Of a stretch of 64,000 bases of DNA, positions 1 to 12,799 are shown piece by piece. The stretch's first letter is position 1, and each line of letters begins with the position of its first letter. The position numbers were made by a program, and so were the translations under genes. This stretch comes from Octopus sinensis (taxonomy: Eukaryota), in NCBI RefSeq assembly GCF_006345805.1, contig NC_042997.1:167772001-167836000 (forward strand). The letters are read 5' to 3'. The notes beneath the pieces are model-generated. The model was not told where the DNA came from. It made no database searches and was given only the letters and a program-made list of their open reading frames with translations.

Positions 1-105
1 GAGGCTGTAGTAGGAGACACTTGCCCAAGGTGCCACGCAGTGAGACTGAACCCGGAACCATGTGGTTGGTAAGCAAGCTACTTACCACACAGCCACTCCT
101 ACGCC
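1..105 (-). mobile_element. SINE family B head (GGCGYAGGAGTGGCTGTG..., CORE-like)
   Basis: Matches other family B copies; cut by the window edge. Confidence 0.9.
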
Positions 106-596
106 TCAAATTTCTAAAATTTCTAAAAATATATTAATTCATATGTTGTTGGCATGAGGGGCCGCATAAGTTATATCAAGCGACTCACGGAAAGCTGTCT
201 GTATTGATCTCAGACCTCTTTCCTTCTATTGTTCTTCTACATTGAACCTATCTTTATAGCTAGTCGCATAAAAGCTTCTAACTGATATTAGAATCTTACG
301 AGTTTTATTATCAATGCAGCAATTTGTTTTCTATTGCTTAGTCAAATATCTCGAAAGTTGCATCTAGTATTAAAGATACATTTAGATATTGTCATGTATG
401 AAGAGAGATTAGGTTGCCATATTTTAAAATGTCCTTTGAAATATTCTTTGGTCATAGTCTCTTTTCGTCTATACTTAGGTATTTGTGGTACTTATTATGT
501 GAAGCACAGACAATAGAAAGACCTATCAGGAATGAACATTTCTTTTGACTAAATTCCATCCATGCGTCAATTGAAAACGTCCAGCTGTTACTCATA

Positions 597-810
597 CGAA
601 AGGGTGCGGGAAAGTTTCTGGCTTTGGGTAAAAGAAAATACTGGTGGATCAGTTAATTATAATTTTATTCAACACATTGCCCCCATCAGATTCACACACT
701 TATTGCAGAGGTCCTTTCTTCTAAGCCTTGTAAAAAAACTTGGAAGGTTGGGGCTCCAAACAGGCCTTTCACAATATCCTTAACGCCAGCAACTTTTCAG
801 CAACACTTCG
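597..810. mobile_element. Mariner-type MITE
   Basis: Imperfect ~26-bp TIRs, TA on both sides, second copy at 6018-6229. Confidence 0.75.
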
Positions 811-826
811 TATTTGTAGGTGATTC

Positions 827-1381
827 TGTAGTGACGCTATACAGCGGCGCGCGCGCGCACCGTCCATTCCTGTTTCGCGCGTGCGGATTGGTGCTTTCAC
901 CACCGGAAGTAGGAATTTGCTGACGGGCGTTTGGCTTGTATGGCGAAGGGAAGGTGAACCTTAAAAGGGGTCCGGAGTGATAGTAGCAGCAGGCAGTGAC
1001 TTGAGACATGGCTATCGAAGGTACAACACGTATATTCTCTCTGTCCGAATTTGATAGCAGTCGGCCGAAGATTTTAACCAAATTGTTGCCGACCACATCA
1101 TCTTCCCTGTTCCGGACGCCATCTTTGACAAGTGTCGTTTTGCATTTGAACACTTTCTTATTTTACAGCGATAAGGTTCAGCTGAGACACATCAATACCA
1201 AAGGGATGCCAGATACACCAATTATCTGTTACCACATAAGAGAATAAAGTAGTTATATATATTTTACGTTTGCGTCTTGTTTGTTTCTGACGGGTAGAAT
1301 TCTGGATTATTAAAGCAACGGAAAGTGATTGCTTCTCGCACCCCCAAAAGGTCCAGAGAAGATATTCACATTCTCGTTACA
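827..1381 (+). mobile_element. Solo LTR (Gypsy-like)
   Basis: TGTAGTGA...CGTTACA termini, 4-bp TSD ATTC (823-826/1382-1385), AATAAA at 1243, same 5' end as the other two solo LTRs. Confidence 0.75.
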
Positions 1382-1804
1382 ATTCGAATTAAAGAAAAAA
1401 ATTATGGGTTATATTGATGTTTATTGCTATTGAAGCTCGTAAACTTAACTTTGATATAAAAATAATTACTGTGGATTTATTGCTAAACTAAACAGAATTA
1501 TAGGTAGACTATCATCTGGGAGTATACTTTTTAAAAAACTTATAAAATCTGGGACTTATAAAGGTGAGAATGAGCAGAACTTTCCAAACCTTTCAATACC
1601 AGCTAAGACAGTGGGAAATTTTGTCAAATAAAGTGATTCCTGTGATGCTAATTTATGTATTTTGTCGCAAGTTATTAATTGGGTGTTAATTATCTTATTT
1701 ATTCACAAGATTTATTCTGAGAGTGCAGCTTAATTAGAAACTATTTGGCACATGCTCGTATTTCTGTCTTTTCATATATTTGCCCATTAATCATAATATT
1801 TTAG

Positions 1805-2148
1805 GGCTCGCAGTAATCTTAAACGCAGAGCCTAATCGAACAAATTGACCCTAATACTTATTTTTAAGTATGGTACTTATTTATCGATATCTTTTTGTTA
1901 AGCCGCTAGGTTACGGAATCGTTAACAAATAACCACCTGTTGTCAAACGGTGACAAGACACACACACACATACACACACGCTCACACACATGTATATACA
2001 ACGGGCTTCTTTCAGTTTCCCTCAACCAAATCTATTCACGAGGCTTTGGTCGGCCTAGGGATATAGTAGAAGATACTTGCCCAAGGTGTCATACCAGTGG
2101 TACTGAACCCGAAACCATGTGTTCTCACTACACATCCATGCATGCGCC
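1805..2148 (-). mobile_element. SINE family B, degraded
   Basis: Similarity to other family B copies. Confidence 0.8.
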
Positions 2149-2357
2149 TAAAATGTTTTCAACCAGCTAGGTGGAGAATCGAACTTCGGTCTTCCGTGTG
2201 ACAGGTGGGGATACTTGCCGCTATGACAGGAACGCTACAACCCATTTTCTTTTATCTTTCATTTTATTTTAGCATGTATTTCTGTGTGCATTTGTTGCCA
2301 TGTAAGTGCTCCGTGTATTTGACTATAAACATATGAGATAGTATCTTATAAGATACC

Positions 2358-2591
2358 TATTTCTTTATTACCTACAAGGGGCTAAACACAGAGGGGACGA
2401 ACAAGGACAGACAAACGGATTAAGTCGATTATATCGACCCCAGTGTGTAACTGGTACTTAATTTATCGACCCCGAAAAGATGAAAGGCAAAGTCGACCTC
2501 GGCGAAATTTGAACTCAGAACGTAACGGCAGACGAAATATGGCTACGCATTTCGCCCGGCACGCTAACGTTTCTGCCAGCTCGCCGCCTTT
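2358..2591 (-). mobile_element. SINE family A (GGCGGCGAGCTGGCAG head), full length
   Basis: tRNA-like A/B boxes, 17-bp TSD gtatcttataagatacc. Confidence 0.92.
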
Positions 2592-2699
2592 GTATCTTAT
2601 AAGATACCTTCAGTTGAATAAACGAAGCAGACCAATAAGATGATTCATAAGATGTTATTGATGTACAGTAAGCTCGTTCTTCACTAGGTGCGTGTCCTA

Positions 2700-2830
2700 G
2701 AAGTAAGGGTGTTGTACTCACGATAGCAAGATCGTGGTTTCGATTCCCAGACTGGTTGTGCATTGTGTTCTTGAGCAAAACACTTCATTTCACGTTGCTC
2801 TAGTTCACTCAGTAGTAAATGAGTAACTTT
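2700..2830 (+). mobile_element. SINE family D fragment (tRNA-derived)
   Basis: B-box GGTTTCGATTCCC; shares gtgttcttgagcaaaacacttcatttcacgttgctc with 14683-14913. Confidence 0.7.
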
Positions 2831-3989
2831 GTGATAGATTGGCGAACGAGGGTGGGTTGTTGGCTAAGAAAAGTCACCCGAACGGAGGTCTCGCGAGCTA
2901 CGTTTTGTATTCAGCGATCGAAAGGCTGAATAGTCCAACCTAAGCTGTGAATCCCGAATGGGTAGGGTTTGGTTGTTCAACCACTTTGAAGGCTGACTGA
3001 TTGATTGATCGATTCACTTTTTATATTATGATTTATGATGGAATATGTAGTTTACTGGTACAAGTTGTCAATGTTTATTTACCTCTAGTTTTGTCGTTGT
3101 TGTTATTAAATCGAGCTCAGTCGTGATCGAGTAAAGCTATAATCGAAGACATTTGTGCGTGATATGAGGCAGATTTGACAGCTATTCTTACTGGACGAAC
3201 GCCCACATAGTTATCCCGATTGTTGGCTCCTTCCCTAATTATATTATTCACCTGGGTGCATTGTTTTCGTAGTTTCATTACTACGCGCTCTACAGGTATC
3301 TGATAGATATTTGCTTTGTGTGATTTCTATTGCATACAAACGTAAATTGATTTTTTGCTTCGTGTTATCACATGTTTTCATAGGGTACCCATCGGTATCG
3401 CGATAACTTTCAATATGAGAGTAATTGTTTTGTTTCATTTTTTCCTCTGCTCGTCAGTATGATCTGTCGTTCACTGATCATTTAGAAAACGATAATTCAT
3501 GTTACGCTAAAACTGCATGTCTCTGTCGTCGGATTGGCTGTTGTTGTGTAGTTCTAAGCAAGCCCAATCGAACAGTTCTATTTGTAAGTAGGTAAATGGC
3601 CGAATTACGTGATGCGACCCACAAATCCTTAAGGAAAATATTTCTGTGTGATGAAAAACATTGTTCAACAACATCAGCAATAATAAACTTCGAAATGTGA
3701 GCAAGTAAACACACTCACAAACTCAAATACATACGTCATCTATGCTTGTAGATTATAAGCAAGAAACAAAAGTATCATTTAAGATCAATTGAAATGTGTT
3801 TGTACTAAGAACACTAGAGTTACGATTTTTGGCAAACAGAATTTTTATTCTTTTCATTCACAAAAAAAAAAAAAATACTGTCGTTACTGCGGATGATAAA
3901 ATGCCGAGATAATTTGAATGTAATTGTTCTTCGTATGATTGTAATAGTAGTAAAAAAAAAGTTAGCTGTTCGTCGTTTTGTTGTTGTCA

Positions 3990-4300
3990 CCAGTCGTTCA
4001 TTGTGGTTGTTGTCAGCAATTCTCTGCATCTGTTCGCCGTCCGTCTTCCGTTTCGTCTCTGCTGTTTCTTAATGCTCTCTCTGCTGCCCTCCCAGGGCTC
4101 CCTGTCAAGTAAGTCAAGGTGTGCTGATGTTATACAGATGGTTAGGATCAGAAAGAAATGCGCCAAAAGATGAAATCGTTGCTGGAGCCTATTCAACGTG
4201 AAGTCGTGATTGGGCAGACTTTGTTCGTCACATGGGTAATATTCTAGCGAATCGCAGCATCGGGTGTAGGGATGTGACTGCTGAAGATTCCAGCTACATG
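3990..4300 (-). mobile_element. Dispersed repeat, possibly a MULE transposase C-terminal remnant; second copy ~21310-21577
   Basis: Two copies roughly 70% alike by eye; minus-strand translation WNxxHVTN..PxT..xG..HPSV loosely recalls the MULE C-terminus. Confidence 0.35.
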
Positions 4301-5086
4301 TTTGAGAAATAGTTGAACATGTTGAGGCTTTTCATTACAGTTTGTCGTAGAGAAAAATTCTCGCTGATGATAAAAAGGTATTAAAATACCTAGTTAGCAC
4401 AGAGCGTTTTAAGTTTTTACACTTTCCCTCAGAGCCTTCGCGCATCTACTCGCATAGGGGTTCTGGCCTGGCAGACTATGACTGCAGTCGGTTAATAATC
4501 TTTATCGGATTTACGAAGCTTTGCTTTCTAATCATCCCAGAATTGCTTCTCTTGGTATCTAGTGTTCAAGAAAGCAAACAAGTCTATAATGCATCCATCA
4601 GTGAAATAAAGAGCGTTCTGAGCTGACTGTGGTGTTTCAACACTATTCTATGTTGAGCGAGAATTTTTTTGTTTTATGACAAACAACAGTGAAAAACCTT
4701 TACAGATTCTAATATCTCTCAAGCATATGTGAACTTGTTTATACACTTTTTGTTACATCTACACATGTGTGCATGTGAATGTGTGTGTGTGTGCGCGCGC
4801 TCTAATATAATTAAAATAACAACACTGAAACAATTTTCAAGGCTGTCTTCTGCAAGTAAATCATGTAGTAAAGTGCAGGGAACACTTCGTAATGACATGA
4901 GCCTACTTGAATGTTCTATCTACAAACCAACAAGGTCTCCCTACATGGTCGTTCCAACTACTAGGCATAACGGCTAAACATACCACAAACTACTCTCTAC
5001 CGTCTTGGAAAGGAATAGATATATTAGGATCTGTCTTAGAAACATAATACTCGAAAAAGATATAGTTATAGCTGGAACGCATTTGA

Positions 5087-5119
<33 letters not shown>

Positions 5120-5261
5120 GTCAGTATAGGTATATATGTAGAAACAGATGTCTGTATGTATCTAGTTATCTATCTTTCTCAGTATATGTTTAGAAAATAA
5201 CCAAAAAGGAAATCGATGGTGCTTCCCGAGTCATAGACTCATAACGTAGGATTACTTATTT

Positions 5262-5395
5262 TTGCTGACTGAGTGGAGAGGAGGAATATAAAATGAAATG
5301 TTTTGCTCAAGAACTCAATATATCAGCCTGTCCAGGAATCGAAACCACAATTTTACGTTCATGATTGCTACACCCTAACCACTGAGTTACGCGCT
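5262..5395 (-). mobile_element. SINE family D fragment
   Basis: Similar to 14683-14913. Confidence 0.65.
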
Positions 5396-5503
5396 TCATA
5401 TATATATATCAGCATGTTCTTTGTCTATCTCCTTACCTCCTTGGAGGTTTTAGGTAAAATTATACTAATGTGTTCATCTCTTTTAATTTAATTCTATGTA
5501 TTT

Positions 5504-5591
5504 ATGCAGCTGAGGAGTGCTCTGCATTTAAATTGAAGTAATGGTTGCATTGTTCAATTAGACGGAATCGCTTGAAACAATCGTACTGCAT
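5504..5591 (+). ncRNA. Hammerhead ribozyme-like motif with long loop II
   Basis: ATGCAG-CTGAGGA...GAAAC-AATC-GTA-CTGCAT: intact core, perfect 6-bp helix I, imperfect helix II. Confidence 0.55.
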
Positions 5592-5841
5592 TACCTCTGG
5601 ATATCCTGTTTCTTATTTTGATTTTAGATATATATATGAGTTACATAATTGCATGTCAACATATGCATCACTAGTACCATTACAGCCAACCCGCTGGATA
5701 TAGCAGCTGGTATAACAGAAGGTGCGGACAACTCGGCCAGTCATCCGGTGTTCCATAGACTTAAAGATCTTACGTCATGTGTTTGAGATACTCCATGAAA
5801 TACAAAGGCCACAAACAATAAAAAAATTAAATTAATAAAAA

Positions 5842-6440
5842 GAGTAGGTGTGGCTGTGTGGCAAGTAGCTTGCTAATCAACCACATGGTTCCAGGTTCAG
5901 TCCCACTGCGTGGCATCTTGGGCAGGTGTCTTCTACTATAGCTTCGGACCTACCAAAGCCTTGTGAGTGGATTTGGTAGAGAGAAATTGAATGAAGCCCA
6001 TCGTATATGTATATATAAGCGGGTGCTGAACAGTTCCTAGCTTGGAGTAAAGAAAATACAGGAAGATCAGTTTGTTATGATTTTATTCAACATATTCCCC
6101 TCTCAGACTCAAGCACTTATTGCAGTGGTCTTTCAGTTTTTCTAAGCCCTGTAAAAGAACTTAGAAAGTTGGGCCTCCAAGCAGGCCTTTCGCAATACCC
6201 TTAAAACCAGCAGCTTTTCATCACCCGCTTCTCCATATGTGTGTGCGCGTTTCCCTACCGCTTGACAACCGGTATTGGTGTGGTTACGCCTCATAATGTA
6301 GCGGTTCGGTAAAACTGACTGATAGAATAAGTACTAGGCTTTAAAAAAAGTACTGGAGTCGATTCGTTCGACAAAAATCCTTCAAAGCGTTGCCCCAGCA
6401 TGGCCGCAGTCTAACAACTGAAACAAATAAAAGGATAAGA
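5842..6440 (+). mobile_element. SINE family B interrupted by a mariner MITE
   Basis: Head 5842-6017, tail 6230-6440. Confidence 0.85.
6018..6229. mobile_element. Mariner-type MITE nested in SINE B
   Basis: agcgggtgctgaa...ttcatcacccgct TIRs; homologous to 597-810. Confidence 0.75.
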
Positions 6441-6478
6441 AAAAATATATTGCGTCTATATACATATTTATACATATT

Positions 6479-6831
<353 letters not shown>

Positions 6832-7751
6832 TTCTCTGTGTCTTTATGTTTGTTGCATGTATGTATGTATGTATGTATGTGTCATGTATATATGCGATGG
6901 ATATCTATGTGGTGTCACAAAATTCCTTGAATTCATTCGCTACTGGGTGTGGAAGAGGAATGATTAAGTTAGCCGTACACGATTAATACAATTAATTTAT
7001 CATTGTGCAGTGAATTGACAGAATCGTTAGCGTGTCGAATAAAATGCTTTGCGATATTTGTTCCAGTTCTTTAGATTCTACGTTCAAGCCTCACCGAAGT
7101 CACTTTTCATTTTTATCCTTCTGAGGTCAATAAAATAAAGTTCCAGTTAAGCATTAATCAACTACTAGATTTGAAACCTCGAGCCTCTGTTAGAAATAAC
7201 TATATATTTGTTTTAATTAGATCGAGGTGGTTGACAATGTTCGCTGCATTTCATTTTCAAGCCTCATCGGGGTCACTTTTGATTTTATCCCCCTGAGGCC
7301 AATAAAATAAAGTTCCAGTCAAGCACTAATCAACTACTAGATTTGAAACCTTGAGCCTCTTGTTAGAAACAATTATCTATTTGTTTTAATTACATCGAGG
7401 TGGTTGACGATGTTCGCTGCAAAGCGTCGCTTAAAATTTTCTACATTATTTTGATCGGTTGGTTACGTGTCTGAGCTCAGTACAACTGACAAGTTACGTA
7501 AGAATCAAAACAATTGATAATTTAGACTCTTAATCGCAATAAAAAAAAATCGTTATTTCAATCCAGATGGAGATGGTTGTTGTTGTTGTTTTTAGCCGAA
7601 TATCAGCTCTGATTGAGCAGACCTGTGGGGAAAAAAAAACCCAGTTTAGCCTTAACCATTCCGTTATTTTTAGTGTATGTCGGAGAATATCTAATGTGTT
7701 CTTTTTTTAAATAGTAAGGCGGGGTTTTCCTTTTACTTGCTTAGTCTAGAG

Positions 7752-9469
7752 CAGTGTCTTCCTAACAGTGTACCGTAACAGATTTCTGGAGTGCCGCGAA
7801 AAATATTTTCGGGATTTTCGGAAAACAACGATCCAAGAACATTCGTGTGATTTGTTTAACAACAAATGAAGCAATAGTTTCCAGTAAACTTCAACGTCAT
7901 TTAATAACATTCATCCGCAACATAAAGACAAACCAAATTAATACTTTGAGATGCTAAAAAAAAATTTAAAATCAATCAAAAAGGCTGAAGAATTTTCTCT
8001 CAATTCCCGAAAAAGCACAAACCGCTAGTTACAAGATTGCCCAGCTTTTGGCAAAGAAAGTAAAACCACATTCTGATGCCAAAAACATTATTTTACCAGC
8101 CTTGAAAATCGCCGTTGGCACAATGATTCGAGAAGAGACCGTCAAACAAATTGAGACCATTCCTTTGTCTGCCCTCACGATTTCTCGTAAAATTCAAGAC
8201 ATTTCGTGAGACATTGATGATCAGCTCCACAAGCATTTCACTGAAGCAAAAAATGAACTCGAAAACATATGGGCCTTATAAATCGATGAAAGTACAGACA
8301 TCGGCAACAAAGCTCAACTAACTTCATTTTTGCGAATCATCAGAGGTGGTAAAATCATAAGTGAGTTTTTCTTTTGTTGCGAATTGAAGGAAAGAACGAC
8401 AGATGTTTTTAACCTGGTAAACCAAAATGTATTGAGAAGGATGCAGTGGCAAACTTGTATTAGCGTTTTTACTGAGGGCGCCCCATCCATGTAGGATAGA
8501 AAAAAAAGGCTTCCTAGCTCATATATTACAAAAAAATTCACAAGTTAAAATTGTACATTGCATGATTCTCCGCGAAGTTTTGGTGTCGAAATCTTTACCT
8601 GATGGCCTCCTGAAGACGATGAACAGCGTTGTTAAAGTGATACATAAAATCGAATTCCCTACGGTGTAGACTTTTTGCACCCCTATATAAAACTATGGGT
8701 TTTGATTTTGAGTGTTTTCTGCTTCATACAGAAACGCGATGACTCTCGAAAGGAAAAGTGCTCTCTCGATTTATCTCTTTGCGGACTGAAATAATATGTT
8801 TCTTCGATGCTGAAAATTCTGGATTTGAATTTCTTAACGATGTTAATTGGAAGTAGCATTTTAGAGAAGTTGAACGTTTTTAATTTGTGTCTGCAAGGAG
8901 CGAACGAAAATATTATTACAATTACAGGCAAATTAAAATCTTTCACCGACAAGTTAGAACTGTGGATAAGGAAAGTTAAAAACTCGCAGCTTGATTGCTT
9001 CCCAGGCGTAGAGGCTTTTCAAAACAGATTTGAAATTTTGTCAGAAGTGCAGAAGACAGTTGAAAACCTCTCTGTATCATTTTCTAAGTATTTTCCATCA
9101 CTTGGATTATCAAATGTACGTGTGGGTATTCAATCCTTTCACAAGATACGACAGTACACATCTGCCCTTAACATTAACAGAAGAAAAATTAATAGACTTG
9201 GAAAACGATCCTGTGCACAAAGCGTCATTTTCTGTGCTAGAATTGTCAGAATTTTGGATTTAGCTTTGGAGCCAATATCTTCGATTAACTACTAGAGCCG
9301 TTATATCTCTGTTGCTCTTTGGATCATCTTATCTTCGCGAATTAGAGTATCACTGCGCTTATGGGAATGTTTACAAATGATAGATGAGGAGATACTTATT
9401 TGTTTATCTAATTTGGAGCCGCGTTTTGACAAAATTCTTTCTCAAAATCAATTGTATCCTTCTCACTAA
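7752..9469 (+). mobile_element. Decayed hAT (Charlie/Buster, FAM200/ZBED8-type) transposon
   Basis: Left end CAGTG after GTCTAGAG; frameshifted transposase with KLQRHL, IDESTD, HTETRxLSKGKVL and LNVFNLCLQG motifs; right TIR not seen. Confidence 0.88.
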
Positions 9470-9544
9470 AAACATTATTATTGTAGTATATATACATATA
9501 TATATATATATATAATATACACCTGCATATACGTTTGTATATAT

Positions 9545-10127
<583 letters not shown>

Positions 10128-10413
10128 ACACATACATATTGTTCGTATCTTACACACAACACCAGCTGTCAAGTAGTTGCGGGGGGCACAGAGGCACATA
10201 GAAACATACATACATAGATACATACGTGTGTTTGTGTATATGATGGGCTTCTTTCAGTTTCCGTCTATTCACTAGGCTTTAGTCGATAGGGGGTACAAGT
10301 AGAAGATACTTGCCCGAGATGCCATGCAGTAGGATTCATGGGCGGACCCAAGGGGGAAATGAGAGGACATGTGCTCCACTCAAGAAATGGAGTGCACTCT
10401 TCTAAATAATGTT

Positions 10414-10874
10414 TGTAGTGAAGCCATTTTGGGAATCTTCAGCGCGCATGTGCAGAGTTGGATTTCTTCCGGTAGGTCGCCGGAAGTTCCCTCATGCGCA
10501 TGCGCAGAGAACTACCAACAGCAAGATTTCCCGCTGGATCTTTTTTTTTCGAAGCTGCAGCCGAATTGAATATACGCGCGTCCACACGGTTCTCCCAAGC
10601 AAGCCAACACGTAGAGAAGCCCTTCTACGCTGGAACGAGACAGCATTTGGCTCACACAAGTTAACTAATGTGACTAGTTTCATGGCTCATGGCTACCGGT
10701 TCGCCCTGAAGGAAATATATGTATATATATTGTTGCGAATTCAGAAAAATAAATATTATTTATTGCTGTTGAAGATATTCAAAGTCTTGGTTTTCCTTTC
10801 GACTAATAATTAAATGTAACAGGATAAGACCGGCACCCCTCACCTGTTCCAGTGATCTTTCATCCTTGTTACCA
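10414..10874 (+). mobile_element. Solo LTR (Gypsy-like)
   Basis: TGTAGTGA...TTGTTACCA termini, 4-bp TSD TGTT, homologous to 50134-50591. Confidence 0.8.
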
Positions 10875-12078
10875 TGTTATTACCCACTCTTCTCCTGGAA
10901 TTATATTCCCTTCTGATCGTTTGCCCTCCCTTCGAAAAATTCTTGGGACCGCGCCGGGGATTGAACCTGGAATCTTGTTGGATTCCAGGTTCAATCCCTG
11001 GCGCGTTGGTTGGGAAGCAAATTCCTTACCTCACAACGACATTTACATAATTTCATATGGTTAAAAATGAACATTCGTTAAGAATCCAAATAGAATCCTG
11101 CGTAATATAATTGATTCCAAGAAAAAAACAGATAACTCATAACACAGAGAATAGGAACAGATACGGCAAGACATTAAATTTTCAACCAGTTAATTATTTA
11201 CTAGTACTTATTTTATCGATAGTGTGGTGGTGGTGGTGGTGGTGGTGGTGGTGATGGAAATGGTGGTGGGGCAGAAGGAGGAAACCATGATGGAAAGCAA
11301 AGTGAATATTTAATAAAGAGTAGCACGAAGTCAATATATCAGAAGTGAGATATATTCTTTCCAAACGATTTATTTCTATCCTTCTCACAGCCCCACCACC
11401 ACCACCACCACCACAACCGGACTAAATGACATCGTATAATGACAAGTCCAGACTAGAAGAGAATTGTCGTCTGATAACACTGGTGGTGATTTTCAACTTA
11501 CTGAATTGTGGATAGAGTCTACAAAACAGTTAACTATTTAGCAAAATTAAGTGTCAATCAATTGTGGACAGTCATTTTAAATTTCAGAGATGAAAGACGG
11601 AGTAATTTCAGACGAGAAAGAGATGGAGATTAGAGTAAGAGAGTGAGAGTGGGAGAGAGAGAGAGAGAGAGAGAGTGTGTGTGTGCGAAAAAATAAGATA
11701 AGGTGAATAGGAGAGGAGAATTGTGGGAGTAAATAGCGAGCAGATAAGATACGCAAGCGTCGGAGAAAGGAGCGAGAACAAGTAAAAGTAAAAAGATAGA
11801 TAAATCGAAAATAGAAAAAAAAGGTGATAAAGTGTGAGAGATAATGAATGAATGAATGGTAAGTAAAGTGAGGACGAAGGCTAGGGATGAAATTTGAAGC
11901 AAAACCTTTATTAGATGTAATGGCTCGATATTTACAGATCATGTGCGAATGACCTTTTTAATTATCCGAAGTTTTCTTATACGAAAAGGTGCTGGTTTCT
12001 AACAAAAACACTCGTATGTATGTATGTATGTATGTATGTATGTATGTATGTATGTATGTATGTATGTATGTATGTATG

Positions 12079-12290
12079 AGTGACAACCTGGCTACTGGTG
12101 ATGGTGTAACACACCATACTAATCATATCTGTCGGGCATGTGGTAGAGAGTGTAATTCGGCAGGAGGACTTAAACGACATGCAAAGGTACATGAAGCCCA
12201 CTTACAATTACAGCCGGCTATTGCCGATAAAGGTTTTAGCTGCCAATTCTGTACAAGACATTGTAGATCTTTAGCACCAATAACAGTTAA
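12079..12290 (+). mobile_element. Tandem C2H2 zinc-finger fragment, probably an RTE-clade LINE C-terminus
   Basis: HICRACGRECNSAGGLKRHAKVH and FSCQFCTRHCRSLA (second finger truncated); no splice context. Confidence 0.55.
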
Positions 12291-12799
12291 GCTTCGTGCT
12301 CCACAAAAAAACACATATTGCCTATAGCAGATCCAAACGTGCCACACCTTTAAAAGTGCCACCCGGGGCGGACCGCCCCTACCGCCCCGCTAGCTAAGCT
12401 AGTGCATACATACATACATACATACATACAATAAGCAATTTTTCAATAACTTCTGGCAATTTTCTTCTTGTGCTCCAGCATGGCCGCAGCCAGATTACTG
12501 AAACAAGCAAAAGAGTAAAATAATATATTTATATATAATATAGGATCTGGGGAACCGAGCGTAGGAAGTTGGTAAGCTTCAAGCAGTGAGTGGCAGGTAT
12601 AGAGAGCAATAACAGGTATAAGAAGCAGTAACAATTTATTGACATCAGGAGTCACACATTCTTTTCCATATCGAAGTTGTGAGGAAATTCGAGAAGCTGA
12701 TAGTTTCTAAGTAACTCACCGCAAGTAGAGCTATATTTGTATGCGTGTGTGTGTGCGTGCGTGTGTGCGCGCGTGTGTGTGTGTGTGTGTGTGTGTGTA

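Noticed and set aside
797-1247. 118-aa and 79-aa ORFs in a CpG-rich island
   Set aside because: Lie within a solo LTR with TSD; no recognisable protein
3470-3720. CCAAT-rich stretch as the dynein promoter
   Set aside because: No X-box or donor site; adjacent to transposon remnants; unsupported
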